A stretch of DNA of 64,000 bases from Acutalibacteraceae bacterium (lineage in GTDB: Bacteria; Bacillota; Clostridia; Oscillospirales; Acutalibacteraceae), in the NCBI GenBank assembly GCA_045599345.1, contig JAZRVV010000019.1, positions 3,103 through 67,102 on the forward strand, given 5' to 3'. The translations under genes and the position numbers were made by a program. The notes beneath the pieces are model-generated. The model was not told where the DNA came from, made no database searches, and saw only the letters and a list, made by a program, of their open reading frames with translations. Shown one piece after another: positions 1 to 9,304 of the stretch (positions are counted from its first letter, which is position 1; each line of letters starts with the position of its first letter).

Positions 1-34
1 CAGCTTCTGGATCCCGAAAAAACAATAACTGGAA

Positions 35-1264
35 GTGATTTTTGTGGAAAAATCGAATAAGGCAGGTCGTACGTTTTTCATCATTATGTTGGTTGCAATT
101 TTGCTGATTGCAGGCATCGCAGCGATTGCCATTGTGCTTGATGGCAAGAGCGTTGACAAAGAAGCAAAAAAGGCAAAGGCCGCTGATGCTTCAGCGTCTT
201 TGATTCAGGGCGAATCAAAGGAGTATAACGTAAAATCAGATGGCAAGATTTTGACATCTGTTGAGATCGCTGAGAAGGTAAAACCATCAGTTATGGCGGT
301 TGTAACCTACAGAGGAAACGAGGTCTATGGTGAGGGCTCAGGCATCTTTATGAGTGAGGATGAGAGCGGCACTTACACTTATGTCTTAACCTGCGCACAT
401 ATCGTAGATATGGGAAAAATCGATATCAAGATTGAACTTGAAGACGAGAAACAATATGACGCAGATGTGGTAGGCTTCGACTCAAGAACTGACATCGCTG
501 TGCTCCGTGTAAAGGCAACCGGCTTTACACTTGCAGAATTCGGCGATTCATCAGTTTTGAAGGTTGGTGAACCAATCTATGCAATAGGTAATCCAGGCGG
601 CACAGCTTTCTTTGGCTCGTTCACTGGAGGATATGTTTCGGCAATTGACAGACCAACCTCAACATCATCTAGTGCATATACAATGGAGTGCATCCAGCAC
701 GATGCAGCAATCAACCCAGGTAACTCTGGCGGTGCTCTTGTAAATAGCTTTGGTCAGGTAATCGGAATGAACTCATCAAAGATTGCTGACGAGGAGTATG
801 AGGGCATGGGATTTGCGATCCCAATCAATGTAATACAGGAAGTTGTCGGAGACATACTTGAGTCTGGTTACGTTCAGGATCGTGCAAAGCTTGGCATCTC
901 ATACGTACAGGTAAGTCAGAATCAGACTTACAGTATGATTTGCAAGGCAAACAAATTGCCAAGCGGTTCAATCATTATTGCCAAGATTGATGAGGATTCA
1001 TCACTCGCTGGCACTGACGTAGTTGAAGGTGATATCATCATCGCCGCAAACGGCAAAGAGATGGAGTCGGCTGATGTATTGCTCGACATTATTGAGAGAG
1101 CAAAACCAGGCGACAAGGTTGAGCTCAAGATTGCGCATGTTAACAAGGATTACACAGTTGAAAAGTTCAGTGTAACCGTAACCCTCTTGGAGGACACAGG
1201 TACAACTGAAGAAGTAACTGAGAAATCAAACGGCGAAGAATTCGAGAATCCATTCGCAGAATAA
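35..1264 (+). CDS. htrA: HtrA/DegP-family trypsin-like serine protease, membrane anchored, with a C-terminal PDZ-like region
   Basis: 409-aa ORF. It has an N-terminal hydrophobic anchor (FFIIMLVAILLIAGIAAIAIV), catalytic-triad contexts TCAHIV / TDIAVL / GNSGGAL, and a PDZ-like tail. The start is uncertain: GTG 35 or the in-frame GTG 44. Confidence 0.85.
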   Translation: MIFVEKSNKAGRTFFIIMLVAILLIAGIAAIAIVLDGKSVDKEAKKAKAADASASLIQGESKEYNVKSDGKILTSVEIAEKVKPSVMAVVTYRGNEVYGEGSGIFMSEDESGTYTYVLTCAHIVDMGKIDIKIELEDEKQYDADVVGFDSRTDIAVLRVKATGFTLAEFGDSSVLKVGEPIYAIGNPGGTAFFGSFTGGYVSAIDRPTSTSSSAYTMECIQHDAAINPGNSGGALVNSFGQVIGMNSSKIADEEYEGMGFAIPINVIQEVVGDILESGYVQDRAKLGISYVQVSQNQTYSMICKANKLPSGSIIIAKIDEDSSLAGTDVVEGDIIIAANGKEMESADVLLDIIERAKPGDKVELKIAHVNKDYTVEKFSVTVTLLEDTGTTEEVTEKSNGEEFENPFAE

Positions 1265-1272
1265 ATTGATGA

Positions 1273-1303
1273 GGGCAATGCATTTTTATGCATTGCCCTT
1301 TTT
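1273..1303 (+). terminator. Rho-independent terminator after htrA
   Basis: 10-bp stem gggcaatgca/tgcattgccc with a 6-nt loop, followed by ttttt. Confidence 0.7.
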
Positions 1304-1375
1304 GTACAATTATGGTATTATATTTAATTGTCAATGTACTTATAGTACATTTTTATTATATAGGAGGTGTATTTT

Positions 1376-2929
1376 TTGAATACTACACTTGCAATTGTTC
1401 TTATAATTGTAGCTGCTGTTGTATGTGGTGTTATCGGCTTTATCGCTGGTGGCGCTCATCGCAAAAAGGTAGCAGAAGCCGCAATCGGCTCAGCGAATCA
1501 AGAAGCTACTAGAATTATAAATCAGGCTATGACAAAAGCCGAACAAGCAAAAAAAGAAGCTATTTTAGAAGCAAAAGACGAAATCCACAAACAGCGTTCA
1601 GAGACTGAAAAGGATTTACGTGAACGCCGCGCTGAGGTTCAGCGCCAAGAGCACAGACTCATTCAAAAGGAAGAAAACATCGACAAGAAGACAGACGCTA
1701 TCGAGAAGAAAGAGGAAATTCTTGCCGACAAGATTCAGAAGGCCGATGAAAAGATGGCCGAAATCGAGACCTTGAAAAAGAGCCAACTTGAAATGCTTGA
1801 AAAGATTTCTGGTTACTCTAAGGAACAGGCCAAGGCATTCCTTCTCCAGCAACTCGAGGAGACACTCGAACACGAAAAGGCAGTTCGAGTTCTTGACTAC
1901 CAGGAGAAGATGAAAGACGAGGCCGACAACATTGCTCGTGAGTACATCACAACAGCTATCCAGCGTTGTGCTGCTGACCACGCAGCAGAGGCAACAGTAT
2001 CAGTTGTTGCTTTACCAAATGACGAGATGAAGGGCCGTATCATCGGCCGTGAAGGTAGAAACATCCGTGCTATTGAAACTATCACAGGCGTTGACCTCAT
2101 CATCGATGACACACCCGAGGCAATCACAGTTTCATGTTTTGATCCAGTTCGTCGTGAGATTGCAAGACTTACTCTTGAAAAGCTCATCGCTGATGGTCGT
2201 ATCCATCCAGCACGCATCGAGGAAACTGTTGAGAAGTGCAAGCGCGAGGTTGAGGCTACAATCAAGCAGACAGGTGAGCGCGCAGTAGTTGATGCTGGCG
2301 TTGGTAATGTTCATCCAGAACTTATCAAACTCCTTGGCCGTCTCAAGTACAGAACAAGTTACGGCCAGAACGTACTCAACCACTCACTTGAGGTTTCATA
2401 CATCTCTGGTCTCCTCGCTGAGGAGCTTGGAGCAGACGTTAAGCTTGCAAAGCGCGCTGGTCTCCTCCACGATATTGGTAAGTCAATCGACCACGAGTAT
2501 GAGGGTACTCACGTTCAACTTGGTGTTGAGTTTGCCAAGAAGTACAAGGAAAACGACAAGGTTCTCCACGCTATCCAGGCTCACCACGGTGACGTAGAGC
2601 CAAAGACAGTAGTTGCTTATATCGTACAGGCAGCTGATGCTATCTCTGCAGCACGCCCAGGCGCTCGCCGCGAGAACATCGAGAACTATATCAAGCGTCT
2701 TGAAAAGCTTGAGGAGATTGCAACATCATTTGATGGTGTTGATACATCCTTTGCTATTCAGGCTGGTCGTGAGGTTCGTATCCTTGTTAAGCCTGAGCAG
2801 GTATCAGATGACAAGATGGTACTCCTTGCTCATGATATCGCAGCAAAGATTGAATCTGAGCTCGAATATCCAGGCCAGATCAAAGTAAATGTAGTACGTG
2901 AATCACGTGCTACTGATTATGCAAAATAA
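1376..2929 (+). CDS. rny: Ribonuclease Y
   Basis: N-terminal TM helix, K/E-rich coiled coil, KH motif [15 protein letters not shown] and HD domain (LLHDIGK ... AHHGD). I moved the start to TTG 1376, which lies 8 nt after AGGAGG (1362-1367). The ORF-track start at 1367 overlaps the RBS. Confidence 0.9.
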   Translation: MNTTLAIVLIIVAAVVCGVIGFIAGGAHRKKVAEAAIGSANQEATRIINQAMTKAEQAKKEAILEAKDEIHKQRSETEKDLRERRAEVQRQEHRLIQKEENIDKKTDAIEKKEEILADKIQKADEKMAEIETLKKSQLEMLEKISGYSKEQAKAFLLQQLEETLEHEKAVRVLDYQEKMKDEADNIAREYITTAIQRCAADHAAEATVSVVALPNDEMKGRIIGREGRNIRAIETITGVDLIIDDTPEAITVSCFDPVRREIARLTLEKLIADGRIHPARIEETVEKCKREVEATIKQTGERAVVDAGVGNVHPELIKLLGRLKYRTSYGQNVLNHSLEVSYISGLLAEELGADVKLAKRAGLLHDIGKSIDHEYEGTHVQLGVEFAKKYKENDKVLHAIQAHHGDVEPKTVVAYIVQAADAISAARPGARRENIENYIKRLEKLEEIATSFDGVDTSFAIQAGREVRILVKPEQVSDDKMVLLAHDIAAKIESELEYPGQIKVNVVRESRATDYAK

Positions 2930-2984
2930 TTTCTAGGGGCAGTGTTACTGCCCCTTGTTTGCCCTTAGAAAGGAGGCCTAGGCC

Positions 2985-3761
2985 TTGAATATTTTGATGG
3001 TAGGCGACGTAGTCGGCACCAGTGGCCTTGACTTCCTACGTCGCAAGTTGCCTAGTTTAAAGAGGGAACTATCTGTTGACGTCTGCATCGTCAATGGTGA
3101 AAATTCTGCGGACGGCAACGGCATTACAGCCGTGTCCGCTGAGAGTATTTTCACATCTGGAGCAGACGTCGTAACGACGGGCAATCACGCCTTCCGTCGT
3201 CGCGAAGCATATTCTTACTTCGACGACACGGAATGCTTACTTCGCCCGGCGAACTTCTCGCCGTCGGTCCCTGGCCACGGCGTATGCGTCCTTGACAAGG
3301 GACGCGTCAAGGTTGGTGTTATCAACCTGATGGGTACTATGTATTTGGACCCGCTCGACAACCCGTTTTTGAGTGTTGACCAGTTGTTGTCCTCATTGTC
3401 TGATTGCAAAATTGTGGTTGTTGACTTCCATGCGGAGGCAACATCCGAGAAAAAGGCAATGGGCTTTTACCTTGATGGCAGGGTATCAGCTGTCGCTGGC
3501 ACCCACACTCATGTCCAGACAGCGGATGAGAGTATTCTTTCTGGTGGCACAGGTTACATTACCGACCTTGGTATGACTGGACCACTTGAATCAGTTTTAG
3601 GTGTTGTACCGTCAATTGTCATTGACAAGTTTAAGTACAACATGCCAGCACGCTTCGATTGGAAGCAAGGCAGCAGCGAACTTGACGCTTGCCTTTTTGA
3701 AATCGATGACAGTACTGGCAAGTGCTTATCAGTTAAACGTATTAGGATTTTGGAGGATTAG
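2985..3761 (+). CDS. ymdB: YmdB-type metallophosphoesterase (2',3'-cyclic-nucleotide phosphodiesterase family)
   Basis: 258 aa with MNILMVGDVVG, TTGNH, DFHAEATSEK and GTHTHVQTAD motifs. It sits directly after rny, as in other Firmicutes. TTG start 8 nt after AAAGGAGG. Confidence 0.85.
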   Translation: MNILMVGDVVGTSGLDFLRRKLPSLKRELSVDVCIVNGENSADGNGITAVSAESIFTSGADVVTTGNHAFRRREAYSYFDDTECLLRPANFSPSVPGHGVCVLDKGRVKVGVINLMGTMYLDPLDNPFLSVDQLLSSLSDCKIVVVDFHAEATSEKKAMGFYLDGRVSAVAGTHTHVQTADESILSGGTGYITDLGMTGPLESVLGVVPSIVIDKFKYNMPARFDWKQGSSELDACLFEIDDSTGKCLSVKRIRILED

Positions 3762-3763
3762 TT

Positions 3764-5185
3764 TTGAAGAGAATCATTTCCCTTTTACTTTGTCTTTGCC
3801 TTATCCTCTCATTCACGGCGTGTAGCATGAATGGGAAAGGCAAGCTATCGAAAAAGGGCGATGGTGAGGACGAAATCTCAATCAAAATTCCGTTTTCACG
3901 TGAAGAGGGTTTAAACCCATTTGAGGCCAAGAGCCTCATGAACTATTGCATCATGCCTCTTATCTATTCAGGACTTTACACGGTTGATGCAAACTACAAT
4001 CCAATTATGGATATCGCAACTGGTGTGACCTATGAGGGCAAAAAGGCTACGGTCACAATTGATCCAGAGCGAAAGTTTTCTAACAGTAGAAAGATAACAG
4101 CGGATGACGTTGTTTACTCATATAATCTTGCTAAGAAGTCGACCTATTATGGTTCCTTACTCCGTAACGTCACAGGATGCGTCAAGGTGTCCGACACAGA
4201 GGTTTACTTCGGTGCATCCACACCGAATATATACCTCGCAGCGTCGTTGACCTTCCCGATTATTCCTGATGGTTCAGCAAGGGACGCAGTGCCTCACGGC
4301 GCTGGCCCTTACATCTTCACCAAGACATCAGAAGGCGGAACCCTTTCCGCAAACATGTATTATCCAAACGGGGATTACGCAACCAAGACGATTTCACTCA
4401 TCAATGTTACAGATGCATCCAACCTCAATATCGGCCTTGTAATTGGCAATATGAATGCAATGTACGATGACTTGTCGTCTGGCAAGAGCCAGCGTATTGC
4501 TGCAGGCTCAGCTCAGGTTGATTTAAACAATCTCATTTACTTAAAGTTCAATCACAGCAATATTTTTGCAAATCCAAAGCTTCGTCAAGCAGTAGCTGTT
4601 TTGTTAAACAAAGAGGAATTGATGAACGCTGGATTTGAGGGATATGGACAGGCAACTGATGTTCCATTCAACCCACAGTGGTTTAATGCAGAGGGACTTA
4701 AGGGACCAGAGCTTTCCTATGAGGAGGCTCAGGAGTATCTGACCCATGCACTTGGTGCATACAACATAGACATCCTTGTCAATAGCGACAATATGTTTAA
4801 ACTCAAGTGCGCTGAGACGGTTGCGTCCGAGCTTGCTGTCGCAGGTATCAGCGCTTCTGTTCAAGCAGTGCCTCGTGAGATCATGGACGAAGGCATCGAG
4901 GCAGGAAATTACGATTTATACGTTGCTGAGTTTAAGATGAGCAACGATATGAATATAGGCCCGCTCCTCCACGAAGAGGACGACCTTGATACACAAATAG
5001 CATTCTTTACATTCCTATCTGGCAATACATCTGGTGAGGACTTTATGGCCGTGTTCAATGAGAACATGCCATTCATCCCAGTGTGTATTAGATATGGCGT
5101 TGTGTCATATTCAAAGGGAATTCAGGGTGGTATAGCACCACTGCCGAATAACCCTTATGCCAATTTGATGGAATGGTACTTATAG
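3764..5185 (+). CDS. Lipoprotein resembling a family-5 (peptide/nickel type) ABC substrate-binding protein
   Basis: Lipobox signal peptide MKRIISLLLCLCLILSFTAC. The size (473 aa) and overall sequence character fit SBP_bac_5 from memory. No permease or ATPase gene is adjacent. Confidence 0.55.
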   Translation: MKRIISLLLCLCLILSFTACSMNGKGKLSKKGDGEDEISIKIPFSREEGLNPFEAKSLMNYCIMPLIYSGLYTVDANYNPIMDIATGVTYEGKKATVTIDPERKFSNSRKITADDVVYSYNLAKKSTYYGSLLRNVTGCVKVSDTEVYFGASTPNIYLAASLTFPIIPDGSARDAVPHGAGPYIFTKTSEGGTLSANMYYPNGDYATKTISLINVTDASNLNIGLVIGNMNAMYDDLSSGKSQRIAAGSAQVDLNNLIYLKFNHSNIFANPKLRQAVAVLLNKEELMNAGFEGYGQATDVPFNPQWFNAEGLKGPELSYEEAQEYLTHALGAYNIDILVNSDNMFKLKCAETVASELAVAGISASVQAVPREIMDEGIEAGNYDLYVAEFKMSNDMNIGPLLHEEDDLDTQIAFFTFLSGNTSGEDFMAVFNENMPFIPVCIRYGVVSYSKGIQGGIAPLPNNPYANLMEWYL

Positions 5186-5199
5186 AAGGAGAGTGTCAA

Positions 5200-5553
5200 A
5201 TGGTAAATTACGAAAATGCGCTCGGTAAAATTGAAATTTCTGAGGAATACTTCTCACAGCTCCTTGGCAGTGTTGTTCCAACCTGCTTTGGTGTTGCAGG
5301 TATGGCCAACACTGGTTTTTCACAGTACATGAGGTCGTTCCTTCACAAGACAAAGTATTACCTCGATAGAGGCGTTAATGTTGTCCGTGAGGATGATGGT
5401 CTCGTAGTTGAACTTCATATCATCGTAACTTACGGTGTAAATATTTCTGTTGTTGTTGAGAGTATCGTTAACAAGGTGCGCTACACAATAGAGGATGCTA
5501 CAGGTCTTACTGTTAAGACCGTCAACGTATTCGTTGACTCAATGATTTCGTAA
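5200..5553 (+). CDS. Asp23/Gls24-family envelope stress protein
   Basis: About 117 aa, read from ATG 5200 with AAGGAG upstream. It has the Asp23-like sequence (GVAGM ... VELHIIVTYGVNI) and the conserved position before the DAK2 gene and recG. Confidence 0.75.
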   Translation: MVNYENALGKIEISEEYFSQLLGSVVPTCFGVAGMANTGFSQYMRSFLHKTKYYLDRGVNVVREDDGLVVELHIIVTYGVNISVVVESIVNKVRYTIEDATGLTVKTVNVFVDSMIS

Positions 5554-5566
5554 GGGGTGCACTAAA

Positions 5567-7204
5567 GTGATTAATGGTGCGGTTTTCCGCGACGCAATTA
5601 TTTCTGCGTCTAACAACATTTTAAATCACAGGCAAGAGGTTGACTCACTCAACGTCTTTCCTGTTCCAGATGGAGATACAGGTACCAATATGAGTATGAC
5701 CATGGACTCTGCGTCCAGGGAGCTCCAGTTACTTCCTGATGATGTAACTGTTGAAAAGGTAGCAAAGACTACGTCTTCTGCTATGCTCCGTGGCGCACGT
5801 GGTAACTCGGGCGTTATCCTCTCCCTTATCTTCCGTGGCATTGCCAAGGGCCTTAAGGGCAAGGAGACAATGGAACCTCGCGACTTACTTGTCGCTCTCT
5901 CATATGGTGTAGAATCAGCATACAAGGCTGTAATGAAGCCAACAGAAGGAACTATCCTCACTGTTGTCAGACTTGCTGCACGTGATGGTGCAGCATATGG
6001 CACTGACAACAAGGAGGCGGATATCGCTGAGGTTTGGCAGGCAGTATGCGACGGCGCTGAGGCAGCGCTACAAACAACACCAGATTTGCTTCCAGTCCTT
6101 AAAAAGGCTGGAGTAGTTGACTCTGGTGGACAGGGTCTCCTCTATGCTTTCCAAGGCATCCTCTCTGTTTTCAAGGGAGAGGGAATAATTCCTAATGAAG
6201 CAAACGGCGATGCTGCTGCTAAAAAGGACGAGATGTCCGACGAGGAGATCGCCGAGAAATATGACTACAAACTTGAGTACGTTATCCGTCGCAATGAAAA
6301 GAAGGATAAAGACGGACTTAAGGCTTACCTTAAATCAATTGGTGGCAATGTATCAGTTCGTGAGAAGGACGGCATCATGACAGTTGAACTCGCAACTGAT
6401 GTGCCGGGTCCTGCCATGGTTGAGACAATGAAGTTTGGCGCACTCATCGGCTGCAAGATTGAGAACCTCTCAATAAAGCGCGAGGAGGAGAAGAAGGCTG
6501 AAATTAATGCCAAGTCAAACGACAAACTTGAGCCAGTTGAACCAGTTAACGACTATGGCTTTGTTGCGGTAGCAGCAGGCGAAGGACTCTCAGAAATGTT
6601 CCATGAACTTGGCGCTGACGTAGTTGTAAGCGGTGGCCAAACAATGAACCCATCAACAGAGGATATTCTCAATGCTGTTGAGGCAACGCCAGCTAAAACA
6701 GTATTCGTTCTTCCAAATAACAAGAACATCATCATGGCTGCGGAGCAGGCTGCTCCTCTCTCAACCCGCAAGGTTATCGTTTTACCAACAAGAACCGTAC
6801 CACAGGGTATGACAGCAATGATGAACTTTGACCCGGATGCATCTGTTGATGACAACCACCTTACAATGGCAAAGGCCATTGAAAACGTTGGCACAGCTCA
6901 AGTTACTTTTGCAGCACGTGACAGCCTCGTAGACGGCAAGTCTGTAAAGCAGGGCCAGATCCTTGGTATGGAAAACGGCTCTATCACAACAATTGAAGAT
7001 GATGTTGTTACTGCAGCATTCAAGGTTACTAAAAACCTCTGCAGCAAGAACACTGACATAATCACAATATTCTATGGTGAGGATGCGACTGAGGAAGATG
7101 CAAATCAACTTCTTGAGAAACTTCAAAACAAGTTCTCAAACGTTGATATTTCAATCCTTCCAGGTGGACAACCAGTTTACTACTTCATTATCTCTGTAGA
7201 ATAA
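5567..7204 (+). CDS. DAK2 domain-containing protein (YloV-like)
   Basis: 545 aa with the PDGDTGTNMSMT DAK2 motif and a C-terminal YloV-type domain. Synteny is asp23 - this gene - recG. Confidence 0.85.
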   Translation: MINGAVFRDAIISASNNILNHRQEVDSLNVFPVPDGDTGTNMSMTMDSASRELQLLPDDVTVEKVAKTTSSAMLRGARGNSGVILSLIFRGIAKGLKGKETMEPRDLLVALSYGVESAYKAVMKPTEGTILTVVRLAARDGAAYGTDNKEADIAEVWQAVCDGAEAALQTTPDLLPVLKKAGVVDSGGQGLLYAFQGILSVFKGEGIIPNEANGDAAAKKDEMSDEEIAEKYDYKLEYVIRRNEKKDKDGLKAYLKSIGGNVSVREKDGIMTVELATDVPGPAMVETMKFGALIGCKIENLSIKREEEKKAEINAKSNDKLEPVEPVNDYGFVAVAAGEGLSEMFHELGADVVVSGGQTMNPSTEDILNAVEATPAKTVFVLPNNKNIIMAAEQAAPLSTRKVIVLPTRTVPQGMTAMMNFDPDASVDDNHLTMAKAIENVGTAQVTFAARDSLVDGKSVKQGQILGMENGSITTIEDDVVTAAFKVTKNLCSKNTDIITIFYGEDATEEDANQLLEKLQNKFSNVDISILPGGQPVYYFIISVE

Positions 7205-7217
7205 GACGAGGTGCAAA

Positions 7218-9236
7218 ATGCTCCTAGACACTCAGATAAAATTTTTAAAAGGCGTTGGTGAAAAGCGCGCCGAGCAGTTTAACTCGCTCGGCGTGAATAC
7301 CATCAACGCTCTTTTTCATTATTATCCGAGAACGTACGAGGATTGGAGCTCACCTGTACCTATAAGAGGCTCTGAAAACCTTGATTGCTGTTGCATAAAA
7401 GCAACTGTTGCTGGAGACGTTCGTCGCCACAAGGCAAAGAGCAATGGAATGATGGTATTTGAAGTTGATGTCTTTGATGACACAGATTCACTTCACATCG
7501 TTATCTTTAACAACAAGTACGCCGCAATGAAACTCCAAAAGGGAGAGGAACTCCTCTTCTTTGGTTCGGTTACTAGAAATAACGGTGTACTTCAGATGCG
7601 CTCTCCTAGTATCGAAAAGACAGGCACAAAGGAGAGGATTAAGCCGATATATAGTCGCCGTGGCGGTTTGACATCAAACTATATCGAGAAGTGCGTTGAC
7701 ACAGCACTAAAACAGTTTGGCATTGGTATTGAGGATCCAATGCCACAGGATATCATTGAAAAATATGACTTGATGCCACTTGATGAGGCTATTCGTGAAA
7801 TACATTTTCCAAGCAATATGGAGATGATGACAAAGGCTCGTCATCGCTTCCTCTTTGAGGAACTGTTCTATCTCCAAATTGGGCTTAAGACAAAAGCGAT
7901 AGAGAACAAACAAAAGACAGATATTATTGCATCAGTGGATTGCACTGATGACTTTATCAGTCGCTTGCCATTTACGCCAACTGCCGCACAGCAAAAGTGC
8001 ATCAAAGCTGGTGTTGCCGACATGGCAAGTGGCATTGCCATGAACCGCCTTTTGCAGGGTGATGTTGGCTCTGGCAAGACGTTGGTTGCAGCAGCGCTGA
8101 TGTACAACATCTATGCCAATGGCTATCAGAGTGTGATGATGGCACCAACAGAAATTTTAGCAAGACAACATGCTCAGACGCTGAAGAAATTCTTTGAGGG
8201 AACTGCTGTAAAGGTTGTGGCCTTGACAGGAAGCACGCCAGCGGCTGAAAAGAGGGAAATTCTCGCTGGTCTTGCCAGTGGTGAGATTGCGATTGCCGTT
8301 GGCACGCATGCACTGATATCGGACAACGTAGAGTTCCAAAATTTAGGTTTTGTAATCACCGATGAGCAGCATCGCTTTGGCGTGCGCCAGCGAGCAAAGC
8401 TTAAGGAAAAGGGACAGGGAGTACACGTACTCGTTATGTCTGCGACACCTATTCCACGCACGCTTTTGTGGGCGATGTATGGGGATTTGGATGTCTCGAT
8501 TATTGACGAACTGCCAAAGGGCAGAGTGCCAATCGAGACGTACAAGATAAACTCATCGATTAGAAAGCGTGCTTTCGCGTATATCAAAAAGCACCTCGAT
8601 GAGGGCAGACAGGGATACATCGTATGCCCACTTGTTGAGGACGGCGAGATAGAAGGCGTCCTCTCAGCTAAGCAGTACTACGACCTCATCAAAGATGATG
8701 ACTTTCGGGATTACAGTGTTGGACTCCTTCATGGTCAAATGAAGGCAGGGGAAAAAGAATCCGTAATGGAGCGCTTCCAAAAGGGCGAGATTCAGCTTCT
8801 TGTTTCAACAGTTGTAATTGAGGTTGGTGTTGATGTTCCAAATGCGGTTATTATGCTCATTGAAAATGCAGAACGCTTTGGACTCTCACAACTTCACCAG
8901 TTGCGCGGACGCGTCGGTCGTGGACAGTGGAAGTCTACGTGCATCCTGTGCTCCGACAACACGTCGAAGCTGACAGAAGCAAGACTTGGGGTATTAACCT
9001 CAACAACCGACGGATTTGAAATCGCGCAACGTGATCTTGACCTGCGCGGCGCCGGCGAATTTTACGGCACTCGTCAGCACGGACAGGAAGTCTCCTATGT
9101 CAACGACATGATTGGCCATCCGGCTATCCTCGAGCGGGCTACCGCCGCCGCTGACAGCGTTTTAGCAAGAGGCGTTGCACCAGAGCTTATGATGGAAGTT
9201 GATAACCTTTTTGAGAGGATAGAAACATCCAGTTGA
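7218..9236 (+). CDS. recG: ATP-dependent DNA helicase RecG
   Basis: 672 aa with an N-terminal wedge/OB region, Walker A GDVGSGKT, TDEQHRFG and QLHQLRGRVGRG. Confidence 0.92.
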   Translation: MLLDTQIKFLKGVGEKRAEQFNSLGVNTINALFHYYPRTYEDWSSPVPIRGSENLDCCCIKATVAGDVRRHKAKSNGMMVFEVDVFDDTDSLHIVIFNNKYAAMKLQKGEELLFFGSVTRNNGVLQMRSPSIEKTGTKERIKPIYSRRGGLTSNYIEKCVDTALKQFGIGIEDPMPQDIIEKYDLMPLDEAIREIHFPSNMEMMTKARHRFLFEELFYLQIGLKTKAIENKQKTDIIASVDCTDDFISRLPFTPTAAQQKCIKAGVADMASGIAMNRLLQGDVGSGKTLVAAALMYNIYANGYQSVMMAPTEILARQHAQTLKKFFEGTAVKVVALTGSTPAAEKREILAGLASGEIAIAVGTHALISDNVEFQNLGFVITDEQHRFGVRQRAKLKEKGQGVHVLVMSATPIPRTLLWAMYGDLDVSIIDELPKGRVPIETYKINSSIRKRAFAYIKKHLDEGRQGYIVCPLVEDGEIEGVLSAKQYYDLIKDDDFRDYSVGLLHGQMKAGEKESVMERFQKGEIQLLVSTVVIEVGVDVPNAVIMLIENAERFGLSQLHQLRGRVGRGQWKSTCILCSDNTSKLTEARLGVLTSTTDGFEIAQRDLDLRGAGEFYGTRQHGQEVSYVNDMIGHPAILERATAAADSVLARGVAPELMMEVDNLFERIETSS

Positions 9237-9238
9237 TA

Positions 9239-9266
9239 TTGACATATACCATTAAAAGAGTATAAT
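9239..9266 (+). promoter_or_regulatory. Sigma-A-type promoter for the M23/LysM/G5 gene
   Basis: TTGACA (9239-9244), 16-nt spacer, TATAAT (9261-9266). The palindrome TTACAAaTTGTAA follows immediately at 9269-9281. Confidence 0.5.
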
Positions 9267-9304
9267 TATTACAAATTGTAACAATTAATTTCGGAGGCAA
9301 TATT

